Assembly (NCBI GenBank): GCA_001563915.1
Contig: LKMP01000004.1
Span: 1-60,472 of the forward strand
Source of the DNA: Nanohaloarchaea archaeon B1-Br10_U2g21
GTDB taxonomy: Archaea > Nanohalarchaeota > Nanosalinia > Nanosalinales > Nanosalinaceae
DNA: 60,472 nt
Direction of reading: 5' to 3'
The first letter of the stretch is position 1. The number at the start of each line of letters is the position of its first letter. The notes beneath the pieces are model-generated. The model saw nothing but the letters and a program-made list of their open reading frames with translations. It searched no databases and was not told the DNA's origin. Below, one piece after another: positions 36,643 through 45,720 of this stretch. Position numbers and translations under genes: made by a program.

Positions 36643-37626
36643 ATGGAGCAGGAAAAGCTTGAGGAAAAAGTACGAGAAGTCTTTGAACGAGAGGGGTTTA
36701 GTTTTAAGAATGGAAAAGCGGTGAAACCCGGTTTAGAACTGGAGATTGGCGTTTATGCATCTGAGAAATATGATGAGGGAGATATTGATTTCTCTATGGA
36801 TAAAGTTTTCTTAGATGAAGGCTTTGATACTGAAGGCGATAATGTCTATATTTTTGAAGAAGAGAAAGAATATGATTTGCCATCTTTTGAAATGATAGGT
36901 AGAGTGGCATTAATCAATGATCTTGCGGGCCGCGATAGGGAGAGTGTTGTGGAGGGAATAATTGCTAATTCGAATGCTGAAACAATATTATTGAAGACTG
37001 GAGAGCTTTCTGGAGAATATAGAGTCGGAGAGTACGAAAAACTTTACGGAGAAGAAACTGAAACAGTTCATCGAGAGCATGGTCACAGGTTAAGAGTAGA
37101 TCCAACAAAAGCATATTATAGTGAACGTTTTTCTACGGAACGAGAAAGAGTTGCAGCACAAGTAAAGGAAGGAGAGGAAGTACTTGTGATGTTTGCGGGT
37201 GTTGGGCCTTTTGCAATACTTTGTGCGGAAAAAGCTGAGAAAGTTATGGCTGTAGAGAAAAATCCTAAGGCTTGCAAATATCTTCGAGAGAACATTGAAC
37301 TAAATAAAATGCAGGATAAAATCCAGGTTTTTTGCGGTGATGTCAACGAGATAGTGCCTGATCTTGACGCTCAATTCGATAGAGTGATTATGCCATTACC
37401 TGAGAAAGCTCTTGGTTTTTTGGGTCTTGCAATAGATGTCTGTAAAAAGAATGGGGTTGTTCATCTGTACGGGTTTGCAGAGGATTTCAATGATTTTGAA
37501 AGTCGCTTGGAGAAAAATATGAGATCAAGAGGTTATAATTATAGAGTTGTAGATAGGCGTGTTTGCGGGGATAAAAGTCCTTCAGAGAGTAGGCTGTGTC
37601 TGGATGTTAAAGTTAAGAAAGAATAA
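36643..37626 (+). CDS. trm5: tRNA methyltransferase, Trm5/Tyw2 (Met-10+) family
   Basis: YYSERFSTER, MFAGVGPF, VEKNP and DRVIMPLP. Confidence 0.85.
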   Translation: MEQEKLEEKVREVFEREGFSFKNGKAVKPGLELEIGVYASEKYDEGDIDFSMDKVFLDEGFDTEGDNVYIFEEEKEYDLPSFEMIGRVALINDLAGRDRESVVEGIIANSNAETILLKTGELSGEYRVGEYEKLYGEETETVHREHGHRLRVDPTKAYYSERFSTERERVAAQVKEGEEVLVMFAGVGPFAILCAEKAEKVMAVEKNPKACKYLRENIELNKMQDKIQVFCGDVNEIVPDLDAQFDRVIMPLPEKALGFLGLAIDVCKKNGVVHLYGFAEDFNDFESRLEKNMRSRGYNYRVVDRRVCGDKSPSESRLCLDVKVKKE

Positions 37627-37645
37627 AGATAAGAGAGGAGGAAGT

Positions 37646-39166
37646 TTATTCCTCTTTGTTTCTATTGTCCCTCATGCCTTCTAGGCCTTTGAAGACGTTT
37701 CTAATGTCGTCTCTTGCAGAGTAATCTGAGCCTAATACTTGGCTCATTTGGTCTTCGAGATATTCTTCAAATCCTTCTCCGTCATAACTCTGGTCGAGCG
37801 TTTCCTGCACTGTAACCGATCTCTCTGCTTCTATTCGGTCAGTTCTTTCGCCTATAACGTCTTCCAGATATCCTAGTTCTTCCACTGCTTTCTGTCCTTG
37901 CGCATACTGCTGCGCGATTTTCACTCCAAGTGCGGAAACCACTTGTATGTGCTGGTTTCTGAGCATTCCTTCTGCATCGCTGTGATGTTTTCCAGAGCCC
38001 TCAAATGGATTATCATGATCTTCAAGATAGTCTGAGAGAAGTTCATCCATTTCTCCAATATTCGCTCTTGTAAGATTTTCTAAGGCATCTGTTAGGTAAT
38101 CGAGTTCTTGTGAAATATTGCTAACTTCTTCTTGAACATCTGATGCGTGCGATTCGTATTCGCTTCTGGCTTCGTCTAAAAGCGCGTTTCCAAGAGATAG
38201 GTGTTGTTCCTTTCTAGGTCTCTTGCGAGATAGCACCTGGTCGATTTCTGATACTTCTCTCTCAAATTCTGCCTGGTCTGCTACGTCTTCACTACCTTTA
38301 ACTTCTTCTGCACGATTTTTCTCGTTTTCAGTAGTGAATCTGCTCCTGCTGGAGTCAAGTTGATCTTCATTTCTAGAACGGAGTTCTTCAAGTTCTTGGC
38401 GCTTCGTTTCCCTGCGGTCGTTAAGTATCTTCATATCTTTCTGAATATCTGAGAAATTTTGCATGGCGTCATCTCCCATTTCAGAAACTTTGGCCAGATA
38501 GCTTGCAAGACCCTCGTCCGAAATATCGAAGTCATACTGTTCTTCCGGAATATCAGTTTCTTGGCCTATAATGTCGTGTAGAGAGAAACCGAGACTTTGG
38601 TCTCCTTGTTCTGGATCAAAGTCATAGGTATGTTCTAGGTCTCTGGAAGCCAAGTCTTCGGCATAAGTCAGTTGTTCTGCAATTCTCTTTACTTCCTCAG
38701 AAATAACTGTTTCATTGGCCTGTATCTGAGCTTGTATGTCTGCTTCAAATTCGGTTCTTTTGGTATCGTAGTTTGAAACGTTATTTTCAAATGTTTCAGT
38801 TTGTTTGGCGAGTTCACGAGATGTCAGAGAGTCAGTCTGGCCGTATCTTGATTTTTGTGCTACTTCTTCTGGTAGAGTATGGTCTTCACCTATTCCAAGA
38901 AAGTCTCTGAACTTGCTTCGAATACCTCTGTTATTTTCATTATCATTTCCATTTTGTGGTAGTTCTTCGCCAGTTTCCGTATCAGTTTCGGCTTCTTGCT
39001 CTTCTTCAGTTATGTCGGATTTAGTGTCTTCTATTGGTTCTTTATCTTCAGGTTCTTCACCGCCATCTGAGAGTAGCATTTCTTCGAGTTGATTGTTGTC
39101 ATTTCTTAACTGGTTTATGGAGCTTACCGAGGCTCCTGGACCCTTTGAACTTCTTTGTTCTGACAT
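37646..39166 (-). CDS. Acidic coiled-coil hypothetical protein
   Basis: 506-aa ORF with AGGTGA SD; disordered N-terminus. Confidence 0.8.
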   Translation of the reverse strand: MSEQRSSKGPGASVSSINQLRNDNNQLEEMLLSDGGEEPEDKEPIEDTKSDITEEEQEAETDTETGEELPQNGNDNENNRGIRSKFRDFLGIGEDHTLPEEVAQKSRYGQTDSLTSRELAKQTETFENNVSNYDTKRTEFEADIQAQIQANETVISEEVKRIAEQLTYAEDLASRDLEHTYDFDPEQGDQSLGFSLHDIIGQETDIPEEQYDFDISDEGLASYLAKVSEMGDDAMQNFSDIQKDMKILNDRRETKRQELEELRSRNEDQLDSSRSRFTTENEKNRAEEVKGSEDVADQAEFEREVSEIDQVLSRKRPRKEQHLSLGNALLDEARSEYESHASDVQEEVSNISQELDYLTDALENLTRANIGEMDELLSDYLEDHDNPFEGSGKHHSDAEGMLRNQHIQVVSALGVKIAQQYAQGQKAVEELGYLEDVIGERTDRIEAERSVTVQETLDQSYDGEGFEEYLEDQMSQVLGSDYSARDDIRNVFKGLEGMRDNRNKEE

Positions 39167-39314
39167 TAGTTATTCACCTTGATAATGTAGATTAGGAGCA
39201 ATCCCTATTTAGAGTATCTATACTTCTTCCATAGCATTTTAGGATATAAGAAAAGAAATATAAAGGTGTTTTACAAGAAATGCAGTATTCAGAATCAGCT
39301 AAAGGTGGTATAAA

Positions 39315-40244
39315 ATGAATAATGATGATATAGATCAAACAAATGTAGGTGTAGGAGTGCAAGAGTTGGAAAACATTAGACAAAGTCTTGGAGAGTCCGA
39401 AGAGTGGGGTGATAGTCTAGAAGATAGGTTCGCCAATGTGAGAGCTGTAGAAAGAGATTTCTTTGATATCCTTGGAACATACGCTAAAGGTGTTGAGGCC
39501 ACCGAACAAGTAGTAAATAATATAGAAGACCTTCCTAACGATATAACGGAACATATGGACTCTATAGCTAGTAAACGTGATAGAGCAATAATAGGAGCTT
39601 ATGAAGAGGAGGAGGGCTACTTTGATCCAGAAACTCAGTCTTGGAACAAAGGAACGTTAATACAGCAGGTTATTGACTGGGGTCCTGAAGAATCAGAGAA
39701 AGCTCTCTATGGTGTTGAAAGAATGGATGCAGAATTGGATCATTTCTTAGATAACTTCTCAGAACTTGAAGGAGTTAGACACAGGCCTGAGGATATAAGG
39801 GAAGAAGCTGCTAGGATGGATCCGGAAGGAATAGAATATGTTGCAGTTCGCCCAGATTCAGAAGATGGAGGTATCTCTCGCAGAGCATTACTGGGGGGAG
39901 CTGGAGTAGTAGTAGCCGGATTGTGGGCTAGAGGAGCTTATTTAGAAGGCAGATCGGATGTCAGAACTGAAGAAGGTCTTGATCCTACAGAATATTCTCT
40001 TGTAGATACGGATTCGTTAAGCGTTCAGTCTTATGTTGCTGAAATGCAAGGCGTTGATGAGTACAGCGATGCGTTTTCAGAGGTTGAGGCAAATGTGAAT
40101 ATGGATGATGCTGAAATGGGTTTCGCTCCAGGAGAAAATAGGATGGATTTCAACACAAATCTGGATAGCACAGTCGATACTAGTGTACTCATGACTGATC
40201 ATGCATACGAACAGGCTAGGGATATGTATGATAATATAGGTTAA
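39315..40244 (+). CDS. Hypothetical protein with internal twin-Arg motif and TM segment
   Basis: GISRRALLGGAGVVVAGLW from residue 186; AGGTGG SD. Confidence 0.8.
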   Translation: MNNDDIDQTNVGVGVQELENIRQSLGESEEWGDSLEDRFANVRAVERDFFDILGTYAKGVEATEQVVNNIEDLPNDITEHMDSIASKRDRAIIGAYEEEEGYFDPETQSWNKGTLIQQVIDWGPEESEKALYGVERMDAELDHFLDNFSELEGVRHRPEDIREEAARMDPEGIEYVAVRPDSEDGGISRRALLGGAGVVVAGLWARGAYLEGRSDVRTEEGLDPTEYSLVDTDSLSVQSYVAEMQGVDEYSDAFSEVEANVNMDDAEMGFAPGENRMDFNTNLDSTVDTSVLMTDHAYEQARDMYDNIG

Positions 40245-40311
40245 AATGATTATTATTGATTATAAAGGAGTATAAAAGGAAAATAGAGGTAATAATGGGT
40301 GTGTGATTCAA

Positions 40312-41433
40312 ATGACGGATGGAGAAGAAATAAATGAAGGGGAAGATGGATTAGCGGACAGAACAAAAGGACAGGCAGAAAGAGCTGCAAATAAAACTAA
40401 GGAAGGTATATCTAGAAGACCTTTCCTTACGGCGCTAGCTGGAGGTGCTGGTCTAGCTTTAGTGGGTGATGCTGCCTTGAACGAAAGCAGAGGTCGAAGA
40501 GCTGCAACAGGGACTGTTTCCCGAGAATATAATAGGTGGCGGGATGGAGAATCAGGTATTACGGCCCAAATGATTAGTGATTTCAACAGCGATGCTAACG
40601 AAGTGCTTACAAACGTTGAAGATGATCTCAATGAAGAGATAGATGAAGCTTTAGATACAGACTTAGGAGAGCTACCAAGACAACCTGCTACGGGAGATAC
40701 GTTTGTTGATGACAAATATTTGTTAATAGGCATTGAAGAGTTAGAAATAGATGCTGGAGAGGCACAAGCTACGCGCACCTTTGCTAAACAAGATGGTAAC
40801 TGGTCTTTACTTTCTGAAGAAGGATATGAGAGCACATTGATAGAGGGAGAAGGACCTTTCTACCTAGCAATTAGCAGTCTCGATAACGAGTTTGATTTTT
40901 CCGAGCTGGAAGGAATAATCACGTCTTATGAATCTGCAGAAGAAGTAACAGAAATTAATGATAGAGAAGTTGATGAGTTGGTGAGCAGAGGAGCGAACTA
41001 TAGGGATCATATCAGACAGCATCAAAATCCTGATGAGTTGGCAGGATATACACAACTGGTTAATAACGTTGAAGATCTTGAAGTAGTTCGAGATCAGGCT
41101 AGTGACGTTGGAGGCATGTTTGGAGGTCATCAAGACTTTTTCAGCCATGTGCTTGAGACAACACCTTATGAGGATGGAGAGTCTGTAGGCCCTTACTCAG
41201 ATGAAACTATAGACGTGGATGACGAGATGGAGCCTGAGGAGATGTATGACACATTAGATGATCTCAACACTGCGCTTGACGAGGTTTATGACTGTGATGA
41301 AACGTTATCTGAAGATGATCTTCCGCCAAGCTTCACAGATGACGATTTAACTTATGAAGTGACGGATGATGGATCTTTTGTTGAAATGTACAGTGGTGAT
41401 GATAACGTAGCCCAAACAAGTACGGGATGTTGA
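40312..41433 (+). CDS. Acidic exported protein with Tat-like signal
   Basis: GISRRPFLTALAGGAGLALVG from residue 32. Confidence 0.78.
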   Translation: MTDGEEINEGEDGLADRTKGQAERAANKTKEGISRRPFLTALAGGAGLALVGDAALNESRGRRAATGTVSREYNRWRDGESGITAQMISDFNSDANEVLTNVEDDLNEEIDEALDTDLGELPRQPATGDTFVDDKYLLIGIEELEIDAGEAQATRTFAKQDGNWSLLSEEGYESTLIEGEGPFYLAISSLDNEFDFSELEGIITSYESAEEVTEINDREVDELVSRGANYRDHIRQHQNPDELAGYTQLVNNVEDLEVVRDQASDVGGMFGGHQDFFSHVLETTPYEDGESVGPYSDETIDVDDEMEPEEMYDTLDDLNTALDEVYDCDETLSEDDLPPSFTDDDLTYEVTDDGSFVEMYSGDDNVAQTSTGC

Positions 41434-41549
41434 AGAAGTCTGGGCTCGTATATTCATTTTTCCTCTATTTTTTATTGTTCTAAATAGTAGGGTTTTTAAA
41501 AACACTGCCATAGTTACTATCTAATAGTAGCTACAATAGGTGGTGCAAA

Positions 41550-42740
41550 ATAACTCTACGAGACCGACTTTACGACTTCGAAGCCCAAACAGCATTTGCA
41601 GCAGCACAAAATAAAGCTAACGCAAGACCTAACTATAGGAAAACTTTTCTCAGAGATAACAATCTACTAAATAGACTTGGACTCCAGCAAAAAGAAGTAG
41701 AAGTAACAGAAAATGGAGTTGAAATTGCAGGAAGCAGTCTCGAAGAATTTAATAAAGAGTTAGCTGAAAAAGATCTGGGAAAACTAACTATTCTTCCTTC
41801 AGCTAAGTTCAGGAAAAACATGGGGGCAGAAGATTTCGAACAACTTTCTAAAGAGGCTAATGTGATTAACCCTCACCCCATTCCTACATTATTTGGAGAC
41901 AAAGCTGAACAAAACTGGACATTCTGGGATGATCCTGGAGCTGTACCTGGATATCAGCCGACAGACTACTATTTACAGTTCGAAGATGTAGAAAAAGCTA
42001 GCGAAGAGGCTTTAGAGGACTTTATAGAGGAAGTGCCTTTAATCATGAAGCCTAGAAGTTCTAGCGGAGGAGGAGGAATATACTTTTACTCTAACGGCGT
42101 TGAGGACATGGTTAGTGATTGGACTGAGGAAGGAATACCTGGAGACTATGTGGCTCAGTATGCTATACCGCACACATATGATCTCAGATCTATAGCTGCT
42201 GAAGATACTCCAGTCAGCGCTATGAAGAGGTACGGCTGTGATGATACTGACAGAGCTAACTTAAGTTTGCTTGAAAGCAAATCTACTGAAGGAAAAGCAA
42301 GACTTGCGTTGCAAAATGGCGCTGCAGAGTCTGTAGATATAGAAGATATAGATCCTGCAGCAGAAAGGTTAATAGAAGACCATATAAACTCAATTTCTGA
42401 AGAATATGGGATTCCCAGAGAAGAACTGAACACATGGATTGGATGGGACTTCTTGGCAGTGGACCCTTATAACTCGGACCTTAATGAGTATCCTGATGAA
42501 GTCATAGAACCTCTAATGAATGACGAGTATAGAACTGAAGAGGGAGAGTATTTATTCCTTTGTGAAGGAAATCTCTCGCCAGGATCTATAATAGATTTCA
42601 TTAATCAGAATCCTGATCAGGATACGGCAGCAAACCTACTAGCCTATGGAGATTCTGTGAGTAGAGGGGAAAGCTTTGAAAGAGGCATTCCTGAACTTAT
42701 GGATGTCGAGATGCTTCAAGACCGTTACCAAAGCCTATAA
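41550..42740 (+). CDS. RimK-like ATP-grasp ligase (probable ATA start)
   Basis: INP...DK, KPRSSSGGGG, DLR, GWDF and EGNLSPG; frame open from 41514; AGGTGGTG SD at 41538-41545. Confidence 0.75.
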   Translation: MTLRDRLYDFEAQTAFAAAQNKANARPNYRKTFLRDNNLLNRLGLQQKEVEVTENGVEIAGSSLEEFNKELAEKDLGKLTILPSAKFRKNMGAEDFEQLSKEANVINPHPIPTLFGDKAEQNWTFWDDPGAVPGYQPTDYYLQFEDVEKASEEALEDFIEEVPLIMKPRSSSGGGGIYFYSNGVEDMVSDWTEEGIPGDYVAQYAIPHTYDLRSIAAEDTPVSAMKRYGCDDTDRANLSLLESKSTEGKARLALQNGAAESVDIEDIDPAAERLIEDHINSISEEYGIPREELNTWIGWDFLAVDPYNSDLNEYPDEVIEPLMNDEYRTEEGEYLFLCEGNLSPGSIIDFINQNPDQDTAANLLAYGDSVSRGESFERGIPELMDVEMLQDRYQSL

Positions 42741-42913
42741 AAAAGTATTGCGTAATTTGTTACCTTACGGTGAACAACATGGACGATAAGTTACCAGGCC
42801 CTCACAAACATCAACCTTTAGATAGCAGCAACTATGGCGAAGAGGGCACCGCCCGTGTATCTGGATCAAAACCGCCTAGAGCGACCGATACAATAAAAGG
42901 AGGTGAATCACAA

Positions 42914-43207
42914 ATGGGAAGAATTGACGACATAAGAGGTAGAGTTGATCATTATGTAGATCAAGGCATGAATACTCATGATGCAGCTGAAGCAGCTTAT
43001 GAAGATATTGTAGACCTCTATGAAGAAGATGCAGTAAAAATGAGCGAAGTACAGACCGCTGTTCAAGAACTAGAGACTTATGTAGAAAATAGAGGAGGAG
43101 ATCTTCAAGCTTCTGCAGCATCTCTTGAAGCTACAGCTGACGCAGCTCTTGATAGAGCTACAGATGCAAGTAGTAGAATGGATGATGTCTATAATGATCT
43201 GCTATAG
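42914..43207 (+). CDS. Small acidic helical protein
   Basis: Perfect GGAGGTGA SD 7 nt before ATG 42914. Confidence 0.8.
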   Translation: MGRIDDIRGRVDHYVDQGMNTHDAAEAAYEDIVDLYEEDAVKMSEVQTAVQELETYVENRGGDLQASAASLEATADAALDRATDASSRMDDVYNDLL

Positions 43208-43334
43208 GTCAGATTTACTTATTCCTTAACTTCTTTTTATTTTTTCTCAACTAGTTGTTTACACACCATACGTTAGATTAGAAGATTAATAGGACAACCT
43301 CAAAACTAATAAATTCTGAACAAAGGACGATTTT

Positions 43335-44717
43335 ATGTCGCAAAAACCAGAAATAACTCTAGGATTTATCGGTCATCTTAATCACGGTAAGTCGTCTACT
43401 ATAATCAGGCTTTTATTGGAAACGGGGAAAATTTCGAATGATGAAGTCGAAGAGATACGTAACAGGGTTGAGAAAGAAGAACTAGATTTTTCACCCTTGT
43501 TCATGTTGGACTCATTAAGAGAAGAAAGAGAAAGAAGGATAACAATTGACCTTTCGCATAAAGAATTTGAATCAGATAACTATCAGTTCAAAATAATTGA
43601 TATGCCAGGGCATAGGGACTTCATCAAAAATACTATCACAGGGTTAGCACAGACTGAAGTAGGAGTAATCACTGTAGCTGCGGACGAAGGCATCCAACCT
43701 CAAACTATAGAACATACCTACCTATCAAAAACTCTGGATGTGAAGCAGTTCGTAGTACTAATTAACAAGATAGATCTAATAGCTTATGAAGAAGACGAAT
43801 TTGAGAGAATCAAGGAAGAAGTAGAGACTATGCTTAACCAAGTGGGTATTGAACAGAGAAATATAGATATTTTGCCAATCTCAGCACTCCAAGGAGACAA
43901 TATCACAGAATCAAGCGAAAACATGGAGTGGTATGAAGGCCCGACACTACTAGACACGTTGAATAGTCTTAATAAACCAATAAAGCCAGTTGAACGTGAT
44001 GCTAGGATGCCGATTCGGAAAACAGAGATTAGAGATGGTGAAACTTTTATCCTTGGAAGAATTGAGACTGGAGAAATTACGCGAGGAGATAAAATTGTAT
44101 TGGAGCCAGCATCTACAAGACAGAATCAGAATATTGGCGGGGAGGTCAAGAAGATTGAACAGCATCGCCAAGAGGTTGAGGAAGCAGAGCCAGGAGACCA
44201 TATTGCTTTGAAAGTTAAAGGAATAAGAGAGGAGGATGTAGAGAAAGGGGATGTAGCAGGTCATGAAGACAGGCCTCCTAAAGCAGATAACAAATTTGAG
44301 GCACAGATAATAGTTCTAAATCATCCAGACAAGCTTAAACCGGGCTATACTGCCATAATCCACGTTAACAATTTACAGACATTATGCACATTCACAGAGA
44401 TTAAAGAGACAAAGAATCCTGAAACAGGGAAACGCAGTGAAAAGCCTGAATATGTTGAACAAGGCCAGGAGGCAATCGTAGAAATCAAAACAAAACAGGA
44501 TATAGTAATTGAAGAGAACGATGATATTCCGCAATTAAGCAGGTTTGCGATTAGAGATGGCGATGGAATTCAAACCATCGGTGCAGGAAAGTGTCTGAAA
44601 ACATTAAAACATTCGACGACTGAGGAGGAAAATAACGTTAATAGAGCTCTTGAGCGATCAGAAAGAAGAGATAATGGTATTTTGAATAAAATTTGCGAAA
44701 GAATACCTTTCTTTTGA
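43335..44717 (+). CDS. Divergent elongation factor 1-alpha paralog (translational GTPase)
   Basis: G1 GHLNHGKSS, ERERRITID, G3 DMPGHRDF, G4 NKID, G5 SAL; domains II and III; extra C-terminal tail. Confidence 0.9.
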   Translation: MSQKPEITLGFIGHLNHGKSSTIIRLLLETGKISNDEVEEIRNRVEKEELDFSPLFMLDSLREERERRITIDLSHKEFESDNYQFKIIDMPGHRDFIKNTITGLAQTEVGVITVAADEGIQPQTIEHTYLSKTLDVKQFVVLINKIDLIAYEEDEFERIKEEVETMLNQVGIEQRNIDILPISALQGDNITESSENMEWYEGPTLLDTLNSLNKPIKPVERDARMPIRKTEIRDGETFILGRIETGEITRGDKIVLEPASTRQNQNIGGEVKKIEQHRQEVEEAEPGDHIALKVKGIREEDVEKGDVAGHEDRPPKADNKFEAQIIVLNHPDKLKPGYTAIIHVNNLQTLCTFTEIKETKNPETGKRSEKPEYVEQGQEAIVEIKTKQDIVIEENDDIPQLSRFAIRDGDGIQTIGAGKCLKTLKHSTTEEENNVNRALERSERRDNGILNKICERIPFF

Positions 44718-44911
44718 TATAAATAATAAGTCAATCTGCCAATTAGGAGTTGTTTGGACAGCATGTAGATTTTGCCTAATTTGATTATTCTCTAGCTATC
44801 TCAACTAATGATTCTTGGCTGTATTGTTCAAAAAGAGTGATTTAAGCAGAGGTTTTTGAATAAGGTCGTTCTTGGCAAAGGTTTAAAAAGATGTTACTAT
44901 ACAATAACAAC

Positions 44912-45277
44912 ATGGGAAGATTGGACGACGATATTCCTGACAGGATAGAAGATATCACTGACGATGTACTTGACGTAATTGATGATGCTAGTGACGGATT
45001 GAATGAGTACGAAGATGCCTGGGATCAGCTGGAGACAAATCTTACAAGAATAAATACTAAAGAAGTAGCCAGACTTTATGCTGATGAAGAAATACCTCCT
45101 GAAACAGCTCGAGAATGGGAGGAGATGGTAGACTTAAAATATAGAATGGCGGGAGAAGAACCATTCTTTGAAAACTTGCCTGACGAACAGAGACCCTCTA
45201 ATATGTATGATTATGATCCTACAAAACCTCAATCGCTATTCGAGAGAATCGGATACACAGTAGATAAGATAATATAG
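44912..45277 (+). CDS. Small acidic hypothetical protein
   Basis: ATG about 23 nt after a TTTAAAAA TATA-like box; starts MGRLDD. Confidence 0.75.
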   Translation: MGRLDDDIPDRIEDITDDVLDVIDDASDGLNEYEDAWDQLETNLTRINTKEVARLYADEEIPPETAREWEEMVDLKYRMAGEEPFFENLPDEQRPSNMYDYDPTKPQSLFERIGYTVDKII

Positions 45278-45285
45278 TGGTAAAA

Positions 45286-45720
45286 ATGGCTCGAAAAGAT
45301 ATTGATGAGGCTAAAAGAACTTCTTGGAAAGCTTTAGGTGTTGCTACAGTCACAGCTTTAGCAGGAGGTACTTTGGGTACGGCAGCATGGGTGGATGCTA
45401 GAAATAGGCCGCATCCAGATTCATCAAAGGAACCAACCAATGACTATATTGACGATGTTGAGAATATAGAAGGACTCTACCGCTTTGAAGATTTCAATGA
45501 ATGTGTTAATTACGATGCAGCAAATGCGGACAGAGATGAAATAGAAGAATTTGCATCAGAATACGACAATCTTGGAATATTAATTGAAGAGGCTTCTTCC
45601 GGAAACTATCATGGAACATTCTATGAACTAGAAAATTCAGATGAATTAGTCAAAGACACAAAACTAAATTATGGTAAAGATAATCTCGAGCTAGATGAAG
45701 GGTGTTTAGAAGGACTATGA
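45286..45720 (+). CDS. Membrane-anchored acidic hypothetical protein
   Basis: Gly/Ala-rich N-terminal TM; Cys pair; ATGA overlap with the next gene. Confidence 0.75.
   Translation: MARKDIDEAKRTSWKALGVATVTALAGGTLGTAAWVDARNRPHPDSSKEPTNDYIDDVENIEGLYRFEDFNECVNYDAANADRDEIEEFASEYDNLGILIEEASSGNYHGTFYELENSDELVKDTKLNYGKDNLELDEGCLEGL

Noticed and set aside
42830-42890. Fluoride or ZTP riboswitch, or 5S rRNA
   Set aside because: Only short partial resemblances (GGCGAAGAGG, GAGCGACC); required conserved elements and pairings are missing.
41550-43207. Graspetide-type RiPP (ATP-grasp plus precursor)
   Set aside because: The downstream protein is helical and lacks repeated Thr/Ser/Lys-Asp/Glu core motifs.
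44730-44850. Possible decayed HTH gene on the minus strand (EIARE*SN*AKST)
   Set aside because: Too short and interrupted to distinguish from chance.
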